Shown here piece after piece: positions 9,753 through 19,033 of a stretch of 64,000 nucleotides of DNA. The stretch covers positions 4,226-68,225 of the forward strand of contig JBFYKH010000027.1 of the NCBI GenBank assembly GCA_041306075.1, given 5' to 3'. How positions within the stretch are numbered: the stretch's first letter is position 1; the number at the start of each line of letters is the position of its first letter. This DNA comes from Candidatus Altiarchaeota archaeon (lineage in GTDB: Archaea > Altiarchaeota > Altiarchaeia > IMC4 > SCGC-AAA252-I15). The position numbers and the translations under genes were made by a program. A model generated the notes under the pieces. It saw only the letters and a list, made by a program, of their open reading frames with translations, was not told the DNA's origin and made no database searches.

Positions 9753-10817
9753 TCACGGCTTCGGTTTCCCGTTCCGTCCGAGGAGCCACAGGTGGCCGCC
9801 GAATACGGACACGAATGCCGGTTCGGGCAGAATCCTGTATGCGGCGTATTGGATGGCAAGGAACGCCCTGAAGAGGGGGGAGGTTATCGAGTCCGCCACG
9901 TCGGCTGAAATCCGCTCTCCGCCGGGCAGGACCCGGAACCCGCACGACTCCAGTAGCCCCTTCAGCCCCCGCCTGTTGAACCGCTGGATGTGGCCGAATA
10001 TCCTCTTCCAGTACGTCCTCCCGTATAGTAGTTGGAGCGTGTCGTGGAGGAGGCTCCTCAGGAACGCGCGCTCGAGGGGGGATTTCACGAGCACGTGGGC
10101 GGACACCCGCGCCTGTTCGAGTAAGACCCTCCTTGGCCCTGGCACGTGCTCGAGGACGTCTATGAGCAGGGCGAGGTCGGCTGTGTTGTTGTGGAGGGGC
10201 AGGTATGCGGCATCGGCAACCACCAGGAGGTCCCGGGGGTCCCGGGGGTGGCGGGACAGCTGTATCGGCGACAGGTCCACGAATATCCGCCTTCCTGAGC
10301 CGGTTTTCTTCGACAGCTCCCGCGAGAAGAGGCCGGGCCCGCACCCCATGTCCAGGAGCGTCTTGAACCTCATGCCCGCCGGTAGGAACGCGGTGATGTC
10401 CTTCAGCTTCCGGTCGACGTCCCGGTGCAGTTCGCTGCCGTGGCGGGCTTCGTACTCCCCGTTCATGTAGAAGTCGTAAAGCTCCTTGGGTGCGGCCGGG
10501 TCGACGACGCTCATGTCGTACACGCCGTCTCTGAGCACGTATTCCCTCTTGCAGACGCCGCACGCCAGCCTGCCGCCCTCTGCCGTGAGCTCTGCCTTGT
10601 CTATCGCGTCATAGGGGCAGGCGGCGACGCACTCCATGCACGACACGCACCTGCCCGTGTCGATGGACGCCCGGCCCCCCGCGTCCTTGACCGCACCGTA
10701 TGCGCACGCCCTGGCGCACGCGAAACCGCACGAGCTCTTCCTGCAATTCCCGGTCGCGACGAGGCATTTCGGGCATGCCAGACAATCCGTGAGGGGGGGC
10801 TCGGACATGGCGGACAT
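9753..10817 (-). CDS. fusion protein: 2x[4Fe-4S] ferredoxin domain + class I SAM-dependent methyltransferase
   Basis: N-terminus CLACPKC...CGFACARAC...CVSCMECVAACP (two CxxCxxCxxxCP clusters); then LDMGCGPGLFSREL (MTase motif I) and LIDVLEHVP (motif II/III). Start chosen at MSAMSEPP because the longer upstream ORF extension is Arg/Glu-rich junk. Confidence 0.6.
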   Translation of the reverse strand: MSAMSEPPLTDCLACPKCLVATGNCRKSSCGFACARACAYGAVKDAGGRASIDTGRCVSCMECVAACPYDAIDKAELTAEGGRLACGVCKREYVLRDGVYDMSVVDPAAPKELYDFYMNGEYEARHGSELHRDVDRKLKDITAFLPAGMRFKTLLDMGCGPGLFSRELSKKTGSGRRIFVDLSPIQLSRHPRDPRDLLVVADAAYLPLHNNTADLALLIDVLEHVPGPRRVLLEQARVSAHVLVKSPLERAFLRSLLHDTLQLLYGRTYWKRIFGHIQRFNRRGLKGLLESCGFRVLPGGERISADVADSITSPLFRAFLAIQYAAYRILPEPAFVSVFGGHLWLLGRNGKPKP

Positions 10818-10847
10818 ATATAGCATATAGGGAATTATTAAGTTGAT
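10818..10847. promoter_or_regulatory. compact bidirectional TATA promoter driving two divergent leaderless genes
   Basis: tatatagcatatagggaattattaagttgat lies between the divergent ATGs at 10817 (-) and 10848 (+); each ATG is ~25 nt from a TATA-like element. Confidence 0.45.
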
Positions 10848-12395
10848 ATGCTTCCCGGGCGCGGTTTCATGGGGTTTGGCGGCAATCCCCTTGATAGCCG
10901 GAAGCTCATCGTCCTCATCGCGCTCGCGGCGTTGGCTGCCAGGCTCACGCTCGCGCCCATGCACATAGACTACGGCCGCACCGTGGCGGATGTTCCCAGG
11001 GGTTACGAGTACTGTCGCGTGTCCGACACGCTGCCGTTCGACTTCTACGGCTACGTGTGCCCGGCACAGCGGATGCTCGCGGGCAAGAGCGTCTACGCCA
11101 ACTATTCGATACATCGGGACGGCTACCGGGGATTCCCGTACCCACCCTACCATCCCCTCGCCATGGCTGCGGTCATCAGCCTCTTCGGCCCAGACTTCAT
11201 GTGGATGAAGGTTCCGTCGGCGCTCTTCGACGCGGGAATCGTCGTCCTCGTGTTCCTCATCGCCGAGAGGCTGTTCGACACAAGGCGCGGCAACGTCGCC
11301 GCCCTGGCCTACGCGTTCTCGTACAACTTCCTCATCAACTCCGGCGCCTACGGGAACGACGACCACTATTTCATGTTCTTCGTGATGGCTGGCGTGTATT
11401 TCCTCATCGCTGGGAGGCTGCCATTGAGCTCCGTATCGATGGCTGGTGCCCTCGCGTTCAAGGTCAGCGCCCTACTCTTCCTGCCGCCGATGGCTTTTTA
11501 TATCTGGAGGAGCCGCGGCCTGAAGGCGGTCTTCGCCTACAATGCGCTGGCCATCGTTGTCACGGGAGCCCTCATAGCCCCGTTCTTCGCGTCCGAGGGC
11601 CAGGCCGTCCTGAACCCGTACAAACCCGGTGAGGGCATGCAGATAGACGGCTACGGTGTACTGAACGTCATCAGGCTGACTTACGGCCTCCCCTACCACG
11701 CCGTTCACAGGGAATTGCTCCTCAGGCACAACGACCCCGCCGACCCGATGACGTACGGGGGGACGCATCCGTTCCAAAGGCTCCTGAGGCTCCTTGAGCT
11801 CCCGTTCAACGCCATCGGCTTCCTGATTGCGGCCGTCTACGTGCTGCGTTACAGGATGGCGTCCGCGGAACGGGAGCTCGCCAGGAACTCGTTCGTCTTC
11901 ACACTGGCGATGATGGCCTTCTCTAAGGCGTTCTACGAGCAATATTTCCTGTGGCTGACGCCCTTCCTCATCATCCTTTTCGCGGAGAAGGCGAGGGGAA
12001 TCGGCCGCCTCGAGGCCGCGGGGATGGCGCTGGTGTACGCGGCCTGCCTAGTCCAGGCGGGCGTGTGGACGACGCTCCTGTACAGGCCGTTCGCGGAGCA
12101 TGCCTGGCTTTGGGCCGCCGCGCTTCTTGCCGTGGCGGGCAGCTGCATGATGTACCGGGTCTTCGGCAACGGCCGGTGGCGGACGATGTCGGCGCTGGCT
12201 CTCATCAGCGTATACTCCAACTTTGCGATGAGCCTGCCGTTCATCGTCTTCCATCCGCTGGTGGCAGGTTACATAGGCCTCGATGCGCTCAGGCAGCTCA
12301 CGTTCTACGTCGGCAACTACGTCGCGGGGATTTTCACGCTGTGCATGATGTATGTCACGGCGGGACAGCTGCGCGGGGAAGAGGGGGGGGCATGA
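10848..12395 (+). CDS. polytopic GT-C-fold glycosyltransferase (PMT/ArnT/DUF2029-like)
   Basis: 515 aa with ~11-13 hydrophobic segments and loop motifs typical of the GT39/83/87 superfamily; first gene of the glycosylation island. Confidence 0.5.
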   Translation: MLPGRGFMGFGGNPLDSRKLIVLIALAALAARLTLAPMHIDYGRTVADVPRGYEYCRVSDTLPFDFYGYVCPAQRMLAGKSVYANYSIHRDGYRGFPYPPYHPLAMAAVISLFGPDFMWMKVPSALFDAGIVVLVFLIAERLFDTRRGNVAALAYAFSYNFLINSGAYGNDDHYFMFFVMAGVYFLIAGRLPLSSVSMAGALAFKVSALLFLPPMAFYIWRSRGLKAVFAYNALAIVVTGALIAPFFASEGQAVLNPYKPGEGMQIDGYGVLNVIRLTYGLPYHAVHRELLLRHNDPADPMTYGGTHPFQRLLRLLELPFNAIGFLIAAVYVLRYRMASAERELARNSFVFTLAMMAFSKAFYEQYFLWLTPFLIILFAEKARGIGRLEAAGMALVYAACLVQAGVWTTLLYRPFAEHAWLWAAALLAVAGSCMMYRVFGNGRWRTMSALALISVYSNFAMSLPFIVFHPLVAGYIGLDALRQLTFYVGNYVAGIFTLCMMYVTAGQLRGEEGGA

Positions 12396-13063
12396 AGTAC
12401 TCCATAGTCATACCGGCCTACAACGAGGAGATGAGGATAGGGAGGACGCTGGAGGCCGTGATTGCGTCCTTCCCGGACGCCGAAGTCATCGTGGTCGACG
12501 ACGGCTCGTCGGACGCGACCGCCGCCGTAGCCGAAGCCGCGGGGGCGAGGGTGCTCAGGCACGGCACGAACAGGGGGAAGGGAGCGGCCGTGAGGACCGG
12601 ATTCGCCGCCGCTGCCGGGGGCGTCGTGGGGTTCATCGACGCGGACGGCTCCACCGACATGGCGGACGTCAGGAGGGTCTTGGACGCGGCGGCTGTGGGC
12701 GACGTCGCGATAGCGTCGAGGCGGATGAGGGGCGCGGTGATACCCAGGGACCAGCCGCTCAAGAGGAGGCTGGCTGGGTATGCGCTCAGGTTCCTGCTAG
12801 TGACGCTCATGGACTTGAACGTCCTTGACACCCAGTGCGGCTGCAAGGCCCTCTCCAGGAGCGCGCTCGACGCCGTGCTCCCCGGGATGAGGTGCGAAGG
12901 CTTCGAGTTCGACGTCGAGCTCCTGTACCTCGCGAAGAGGCGGGGATTCACGATAGCCGAGCTGCCCGTCACCTGGACCGACGACGGGGACACCAGGGTG
13001 AACGTCCTCAGGGACGGCCTCAAGATGCTCCGGGAGATACTGCGCGTAAGGCTGCGGGGCTGA
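12392..13063 (+). CDS. GT2 glycosyltransferase (dolichyl-phosphate hexose synthase type, DPM1/AglD/AglJ-like)
   Basis: MKYSIVIPAYNEE...VIVVDDGSSD...GKG (GT-A DxD); ATGA overlap with upstream gene. Confidence 0.7.
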   Translation: MKYSIVIPAYNEEMRIGRTLEAVIASFPDAEVIVVDDGSSDATAAVAEAAGARVLRHGTNRGKGAAVRTGFAAAAGGVVGFIDADGSTDMADVRRVLDAAAVGDVAIASRRMRGAVIPRDQPLKRRLAGYALRFLLVTLMDLNVLDTQCGCKALSRSALDAVLPGMRCEGFEFDVELLYLAKRRGFTIAELPVTWTDDGDTRVNVLRDGLKMLREILRVRLRG

Positions 13064-13100
13064 TGCCATTAAAAAACAAGGCCGCACATAGTAGCTTCCA

Positions 13101-14603
13101 ATGAAGGTGCTGATAGCCAATCCGCCGTGGTTTGACGAAGGCCACGCCGTCCGGGCCGGGAGCAGGTGGCCGCACGGCGAGTTCGACGAGGAGGGCGACA
13201 GGACCGGCTACGCCCCGTTCCCGTTCTTCATGGCTTATGCGGCCGCGGTCCTGGAGGCCGCCGGCCACAGGGTCAGCGTCCTCGACCCCCTGAGCGCGGG
13301 GGAGCCGAGGGGGAAGTTCATATCCGACGTTAAGTCGTTCAGCCCGGACCTGGTGGTGATGGAGTCATCGACCCCGTCAATCAACTACGACCTGAGGACG
13401 GCACAGGCCATCAAGGACGAGGTCGGCTGCAAGGTTGCCTTGTGCGGGCCGCACGTGAGCTCGCTGCCTGAGGACGTCCTCTCCAACAGGCAGGTCGACT
13501 ACGTCTTCATGGGCGAGTACGAGTACACGTGCCGCGACGCCGCGGCGGTCGTCGAAGGGAGGCTGAAGCCGAAGGACGTGCCGGGCCTCGCCTACAGGGA
13601 AGGCGGCATGGTGAAGGTTAACGCCCGGCGGGCGCTCATTGACCTGGACGAGCTCCCCTACCCGGCCCGCCACCTGATGAGGATGGAAAGCTACTGCGAG
13701 CCGTTCATGCAGACGCCTAACGTGCAGCTGATGCAGAGCAGGGGCTGCACCTTCGGCTGCGTCTACTGCCTTTGGCCGCCCGTCATGTACGGGGGCCTCA
13801 ACTTCCGCCACAGGAGGGCGGAGAGCATCGTCGAGGAGTGCAGGCACGTCGTCGAGAAGTACCGGGCGAGGGAGCTTTACTTCGACGACGACACGTTCAA
13901 CCTCGTCCCCGGCAAGGTGGAGGAGTTCTGCAGGGCTTACAAGGAGTCCGGGATAGGGAGGATATGGGGTGCCATGTGCTCGCCGGTGCCCGTTAACCGG
14001 AAGCTCCTTGAGACCATGCACGACGCCGGATGCGAGGCCCTGAAGTTCGGCGTGGAGTCAGGCTCAAGGAGGATACTGGATCTCGCGAACCGGAAGGCGC
14101 AGGACCTCGAGCACGTCGCCAACGTGTTCAGGTGGTGCAGGGAGATAGGCATCAGGACGCACTCGACGTTCATGATTGGGCTGCCGGGGGAGACGAGGAA
14201 GACCGTGGACGAGACGTACAAATACCTGCTCAGGATTAAGCCCGACTCCTACCAGGTCTCCGTGTGCACCCCCCTGCCGGGGACGGCGTACTACGACATG
14301 GCGAAGGCGAAGGGCCTCCTGCACGCGAAGTGCTGGGATGACTACAGCAACATACACTTCATACACGACAAGCCGGTCGTCAGCACCGAGGAGCTCAGCC
14401 AGGCGGACCTGAAGGCGGCGTCCAACTACGCCAACAACTACCTCATATACCAGCTTTACATGAAGAAGGCCTTGAGCGAGCCGAGGTGGACTGCGTTCAA
14501 GCTGAAGGACACCTACAGGAGGCACGGCCTCGGCACCTTCAAGCTCCTCCACAGGGCCGCGTCCAGGGTGGCGAGGAACAGGCTGGCCAAGAAACAATGG
14601 TGA
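13101..14603 (+). CDS. cobalamin-binding (B12) radical SAM enzyme (class B rSAM)
   Basis: N-terminal B12-binding-like domain (MKVLIANPPW..., VMESSTPS) and radical SAM CTFGCVYC (CxxxCxxC) plus QSRGC. Confidence 0.75.
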   Translation: MKVLIANPPWFDEGHAVRAGSRWPHGEFDEEGDRTGYAPFPFFMAYAAAVLEAAGHRVSVLDPLSAGEPRGKFISDVKSFSPDLVVMESSTPSINYDLRTAQAIKDEVGCKVALCGPHVSSLPEDVLSNRQVDYVFMGEYEYTCRDAAAVVEGRLKPKDVPGLAYREGGMVKVNARRALIDLDELPYPARHLMRMESYCEPFMQTPNVQLMQSRGCTFGCVYCLWPPVMYGGLNFRHRRAESIVEECRHVVEKYRARELYFDDDTFNLVPGKVEEFCRAYKESGIGRIWGAMCSPVPVNRKLLETMHDAGCEALKFGVESGSRRILDLANRKAQDLEHVANVFRWCREIGIRTHSTFMIGLPGETRKTVDETYKYLLRIKPDSYQVSVCTPLPGTAYYDMAKAKGLLHAKCWDDYSNIHFIHDKPVVSTEELSQADLKAASNYANNYLIYQLYMKKALSEPRWTAFKLKDTYRRHGLGTFKLLHRAASRVARNRLAKKQW

Positions 14604-15463
14604 ACGAGCCGGGGATTGCGGTCGTCGTTCCCGCATACAACGCGGGTGGGACAATAGACGAGTGCATAGGCTCCCTCCTCAAGCTGGATTACCCGAGGGG
14701 CCTCCTCGACCTGGTCTTCGTTGACGACGGGAGCGCGGACGACACAGCCCCAAGGATTGCCGCGCACCCCGAGTTCAGGCTCCTGCGGCAGGAGCATAAG
14801 GGCCCCGCCGCCGCCCGGAACCTCGGCTACAGGAGCTCGGCCGCCGACGTGGTCGTTTTCACCGACGCGGACTGCGTCGTCCCGCCTGACTGGCTCGCGA
14901 GGCTGGCAAAGGAGCTCGAGTCCGCGGACGTAGTCGGCGGTGGCCTCGCGCCCGCCTCGTTGGACACGGCCGCGGAACGCTTCGAGCAGGCCAGGAGGGA
15001 GAGGCTGTACGGGAGCGCGAGGAGGTTCGTGGACGCCCTCCCGAGCTGCAACCTCGCGTTCAAGCGCTGCGTCCTCGACGAGGTTGGGGGATTCGACGAG
15101 GACTACAGGTGGGCCTCCGCCGAAGACTATGACCTGTGCCGGAGGGTGAAGGCGAAGGGGCACAGAATACTCTACGAGCCTTCGCTGACGGTCGTCCACA
15201 GGCACGTGACAGACTGGGGGAGCCTCACAAGGAAGGCGTACGTCCACGGAAGGGAGATTATGCTGTACAGGAGGAAGAGCGGGGAGGGCGCCGTATTCGA
15301 GGCCTTCAAGCTCGCCGGGAAGGCCATGGCGCTCCCGCTTATTACCGCCGGACGGTATAAGTTGACGATGGCCTGGCACGGGCTCATGTATGAGGCTTAC
15401 GGCCTGGCCGGCCAGGCGGACGGACTCATCAGGTACTACGCGGGGGCTTATGGCAAGCATTGA
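14597..15463 (+). CDS. GT2 family glycosyltransferase
   Basis: MVNEPGIAVVVPAYNAGGTIDEC...VFVDDGSADDT...FTDADC; start overlaps the previous stop (ATGGTGA). Confidence 0.7.
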   Translation: MVNEPGIAVVVPAYNAGGTIDECIGSLLKLDYPRGLLDLVFVDDGSADDTAPRIAAHPEFRLLRQEHKGPAAARNLGYRSSAADVVVFTDADCVVPPDWLARLAKELESADVVGGGLAPASLDTAAERFEQARRERLYGSARRFVDALPSCNLAFKRCVLDEVGGFDEDYRWASAEDYDLCRRVKAKGHRILYEPSLTVVHRHVTDWGSLTRKAYVHGREIMLYRRKSGEGAVFEAFKLAGKAMALPLITAGRYKLTMAWHGLMYEAYGLAGQADGLIRYYAGAYGKH

Positions 15464-16022
15464 CCTCGGATGCGGGCTCAGGAAGGCCGAGGGGGCGTTC
15501 GGAGTGGACATCGCGATGGTCGGGGGGGTGGACGTCGTATGCGACCTCGAAGGCGAGTTCCCGTTCAGGGACGGGTGCATAGACACGGTCTACGCTAGTC
15601 ACTGCATAGAGCACATAGGGGACACGCTGAGGTTCATGGGGGAGGTGAACCGGGTCCTCGCGCCTGGGGGGCGGGCCGTGTTGACGGTGCCCCTGGCCGG
15701 GAGCCCGAACTCCTACCAGGCGGATCACAAGCACTTCTTCAGGGCGAGGGACTTCTACTACTACGACGACGGGAACGCATGCCACTACTACGTGGCGAAG
15801 GCCGGCTCCTTCATGCTCGAGTCCGTCAGGTACGGGCACGGGTACCCGCTGTGGATTCCACCCCTCTGGCTCGTGGGCGCAGCCCTCGCGTCGGTCCTGA
15901 ATGCGGCGCCCGTCTTTCTGAGGGAAGCCTACGAAAACTTCCTCCTGACCTTCCTCCCCATGAAGGAGTTCACCGTGACCCTGGAGAAGCCCGGGACGGT
16001 TAAAAAGCCCGCCAAGGTATAG
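15450..16022 (+). CDS. class I SAM-dependent methyltransferase (Methyltransf_11-like)
   Basis: MASIDLGCGLRKAEGAFGVD (motif I GxGxG) ... LAPGGRAVLT; overlaps the upstream stop. Confidence 0.55.
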   Translation: MASIDLGCGLRKAEGAFGVDIAMVGGVDVVCDLEGEFPFRDGCIDTVYASHCIEHIGDTLRFMGEVNRVLAPGGRAVLTVPLAGSPNSYQADHKHFFRARDFYYYDDGNACHYYVAKAGSFMLESVRYGHGYPLWIPPLWLVGAALASVLNAAPVFLREAYENFLLTFLPMKEFTVTLEKPGTVKKPAKV

Positions 16023-16028
16023 TTAAGC

Positions 16029-17885
16029 ATGTGCGGCATCGTGGGCGCGATGGGCCTTCAGGACAGGGATCTCGTCAGGTCCATGATGGACGCCGTCCGG
16101 CACAGGGGCCCGGACGACAGCGGATTCTATGTCGGCGACGGCGTCAGCCTCGGGCACATGCGCCTAAGCATAATCGACCTTTCCGCCCGGGGCCGCCAGC
16201 CCATGGGCAACGAGGACGGGACAATCCAGATAACCTACAACGGCGAAGTCTTCAACTACAGGCAGTTGAGGGCGGAGCTTGAGGCCGCGGGGCACACGTT
16301 CCTAAGCGACACCGACACCGAATGCCTCGTCCACGGCTACGAGGAATGGGGCCTCGGATTCGTCAGGAGGCTCCGGGGCCAGTTCGCGTTCGGCCTATGG
16401 GACGGCCTCAATCGGAGGCTCGTACTGTGCCGGGACCGCGCCGGCATACTTCCCCTGTACTACGCGGAGTTGGACGGCATAGTCCTGTTCGCGTCGGAGC
16501 TGAAGGCTCTCCTCAGGTACGAGCCGCTGAAGCCGAGGCTCGACTACAGGGCGCTCGACAACTACCTCACGTTCCAGTACGTCCCGGAGCCGGACACCAT
16601 ACTAGAGGGCGTCAGGAAGCTCGAGCCCGCGCACATGAGGGTGTGGGACAGGGAGGGTGTGAGGGACGTCAGGTACTGGGACCTCGACATCGGACGAGTG
16701 TCCGACCTGGGCGAGGCGGAGTGCGTGAGGGAGCTGACAGCCCGCCTCACCGACTCCGTGCGGGCGAGGCTGGCGAGCGACGTTCCCCTCGGCGTCCACC
16801 TGTCCGGCGGCATAGACTCGAGCGCGATAACGGCGGTGGCGGCCTCCCTAATCAAGGAGCCTGTGAGGACGTTCAGCATAGGGTACGGGCATGACGAGGT
16901 CGACGAACTGAAGCATGCGAGGCTCGTCGCCGAACACCTTGGGACCGACCACCATGAGATAGTGGTCGGCGCCGACGAGGTCCTCGGCGAACTCGAGGAA
17001 GTCGTCTGGCACCTGGACGAGCCGAACGGGGACCCCGCGCAGATTCCCGAATATTTCCTCGCCAAACACACTAAACGGCATGTCAGCGTCGTCTTCAACG
17101 GCGGCGGCGCCGACGAGGTCTTCGGCGGCTACAGGGCCTACAGGTACATGGCGGCTGCGGAGAGGCTGAGGAGGTCGGCTCCCGGGCCCCTGAGGCGGGC
17201 GATGAGGCCCCTCAGGAATCTCCCCATGCCGGCCCGGCACAGGCGGTACGTGGACTACGTCAGCTCAGGGGACGAGGACAGGATTTACTGGGGGCAGGGA
17301 CTCATGTTCGGCGACCTGGAGCGCGGGAAACTCTACTCGGCGGGCCTGTGCGCGAGGACGGCGGGGAACGACCCCGCCCTGATGATTAAGAGGCACTTCG
17401 ACGAGAAGGCGCCGGAGCGCCCGGGGATGCTCAACCTCCTCAGCTACGTCGACTTGAAGGGGTGGGTGCCGGGCAACTGCCTGTCTAAGCTGGACAGGGT
17501 GATGATGGCCCACGCGGTGGAGGCGAGGGTGCCGTACCTGGACCACCTGCTCGTCGAGTATGCTATGACGATTCCCCCGCACCTGAAGCTGAAGGGCGGC
17601 GTCGAAAAGCACATACTCAGGAAGGCGATGGCGGGGAGGCTGCCGGAGGCGATAACGAAGAGGCCGAAGAAGGGCTTCGGAGTCCCCACCAACCACTGGC
17701 TGTTCAGGGACGTGAACGACGCGGTCTCGGAGAGGCTCATGAAGTCGAGGTTCATCAGGGAATGCTTCAGGCCGGAGAGGGTGCGCTTCCTCGCGAAGGG
17801 GACGCGGGACTACAGGCATTCGAGCCAGCTCTACGGCCTCCTGGTGCTGGACATGTGGCATGAGAGGTATCTGGGGGGAAGATGA
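16029..17885 (+). CDS. asnB: asparagine synthase (glutamine-hydrolysing)-type amidotransferase
   Basis: MCGIVGAMG N-terminal nucleophile start, ...HRGPDD..., SGGIDSS PP-loop; 618 aa. Confidence 0.85.
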   Translation: MCGIVGAMGLQDRDLVRSMMDAVRHRGPDDSGFYVGDGVSLGHMRLSIIDLSARGRQPMGNEDGTIQITYNGEVFNYRQLRAELEAAGHTFLSDTDTECLVHGYEEWGLGFVRRLRGQFAFGLWDGLNRRLVLCRDRAGILPLYYAELDGIVLFASELKALLRYEPLKPRLDYRALDNYLTFQYVPEPDTILEGVRKLEPAHMRVWDREGVRDVRYWDLDIGRVSDLGEAECVRELTARLTDSVRARLASDVPLGVHLSGGIDSSAITAVAASLIKEPVRTFSIGYGHDEVDELKHARLVAEHLGTDHHEIVVGADEVLGELEEVVWHLDEPNGDPAQIPEYFLAKHTKRHVSVVFNGGGADEVFGGYRAYRYMAAAERLRRSAPGPLRRAMRPLRNLPMPARHRRYVDYVSSGDEDRIYWGQGLMFGDLERGKLYSAGLCARTAGNDPALMIKRHFDEKAPERPGMLNLLSYVDLKGWVPGNCLSKLDRVMMAHAVEARVPYLDHLLVEYAMTIPPHLKLKGGVEKHILRKAMAGRLPEAITKRPKKGFGVPTNHWLFRDVNDAVSERLMKSRFIRECFRPERVRFLAKGTRDYRHSSQLYGLLVLDMWHERYLGGR

Positions 17886-19033
17886 GAGTCTGCATGTTCG
17901 CGATGATGGCCCCCATCCACGCGCTCGGGGGGATGGAGGTGCACTCCCTCGAGCTTGCGAAGGGCCTTGCCGCATCCGGGCATGACGTAACACTCATAAC
18001 CGGCAGGCACCCGGGGGGAATCAGGGAGGAGTCCGTCGGGGGGGTGAGGGTCCGCTACGCCGACGTGGCCGCCACGAGCAGGAGGCCGATGGAGAGGAGG
18101 TGCCTGGACGCCTTCAGGGAGCTTCAGGGGCGGGGGGGATTCGACGTCGTCCACAGCCAGTCCTTCTCCGCATACTATTACGTCAGGGACGGCCTCAAGG
18201 AGAGGTACGGCATACCGCTCGTGACGACGATGCACGGCACCGCCCGCGGAGAGAAGCGGAGCATCCTCAACCAGGGCCTGGACGCGATGACTGTGCCCAA
18301 GTACCTGTTCCACACGTTCAACCACCATTTCAGGACGGTGGATCTCGTGAGGGGGAGCGACGCCGTCATCGCCGTCAACCGGGAGCTCGCCGAAACCATA
18401 CCCGGCGACTTCGGCGTCAGCCCTGACAGGGTGAGGGTCGTGCACAACGGCGTGGACACTGAGAGGTTCAAGCCGGGGACGGCGCCGCCGGCAGGCAGGA
18501 ACGTCCTCAGCGTGTCCCTCCTCCACAGGCAGAAGGGCCTGCAGCACCTGATAAAGGCGTTCGCCCTGGTGGCCGAGAGCTTCCCGGACGCCCGCCTCCA
18601 CATAGTCGGGGACGGCCCGTACCGAGGCGAACTGGAGGCGCAGGCGAAGAGGCTGGGCGGCCGCGTGGAATTCGTGGGAAGGGTGCCTAACGCCGAGCTC
18701 CCAGGCTATTACAACGGCTGCGACGTGTTCGCGATACCGAGCTTCGGCGTCGAAGGCCTCCCGATGGTGGAATTGGAGGCGATGTCCTCCGGGAAACCTG
18801 TAGTGGCCTCGGACATCGGCGGCATACCGTCCGTGATATCCGACGGCGTCAACGGCCTCCTATTCAAGCCGAAGGACGTGGACGGGCTCGCCGAACGGCT
18901 CGTCAGGGTGCTGTCGGACAGGAAGCTGGCGGCCTCTCTAGGGGCGGCCGCGAGGAAGACGATAGTCGACGGCTTCAGCGTCGAGAGGATGGTGGCCGAC
19001 ACAAGCAGGGTCTACGGGGAGGTGGTGGGGTGA
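17882..19033 (+). CDS. GT4 family glycosyltransferase
   Basis: GT-B fold; E-x7-E region ...ELEAMSSGKPVVASDIGGIPSVISDGVNGLL; ATGA overlap with asnB. Confidence 0.75.
   Translation: MRVCMFAMMAPIHALGGMEVHSLELAKGLAASGHDVTLITGRHPGGIREESVGGVRVRYADVAATSRRPMERRCLDAFRELQGRGGFDVVHSQSFSAYYYVRDGLKERYGIPLVTTMHGTARGEKRSILNQGLDAMTVPKYLFHTFNHHFRTVDLVRGSDAVIAVNRELAETIPGDFGVSPDRVRVVHNGVDTERFKPGTAPPAGRNVLSVSLLHRQKGLQHLIKAFALVAESFPDARLHIVGDGPYRGELEAQAKRLGGRVEFVGRVPNAELPGYYNGCDVFAIPSFGVEGLPMVELEAMSSGKPVVASDIGGIPSVISDGVNGLLFKPKDVDGLAERLVRVLSDRKLAASLGAAARKTIVDGFSVERMVADTSRVYGEVVG

Noticed and set aside
9607-10470. Long Arg/Pro/Gly/Ser-rich ORFs on the opposite strand or in off-frames of well-supported genes (examples: 9607-10470+, 10425-10823+, 17265-17993-, 19048-19818-, 21078-21875-, 21847-22872+, 24929-25933+, 25179-26189-, 34222-35232-, 37231-38094+, 38450-39445-, 41348-42373+, 41919-43100-)
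   Set aside because: Each overlaps a gene with clear homology-type motifs. The R/P/G-rich low-complexity composition is the expected artefact of translating the wrong frame of 60-65% GC DNA.
11951-12391. Upstream extension of the GT2 gene to 11951 (370-aa ORF)
   Set aside because: Extension is Gly/Arg/Pro-rich and lies in another frame of the GT-C gene. MKYSIVIPAYNEE at 12392 is the canonical GT2 start with ATGA coupling.
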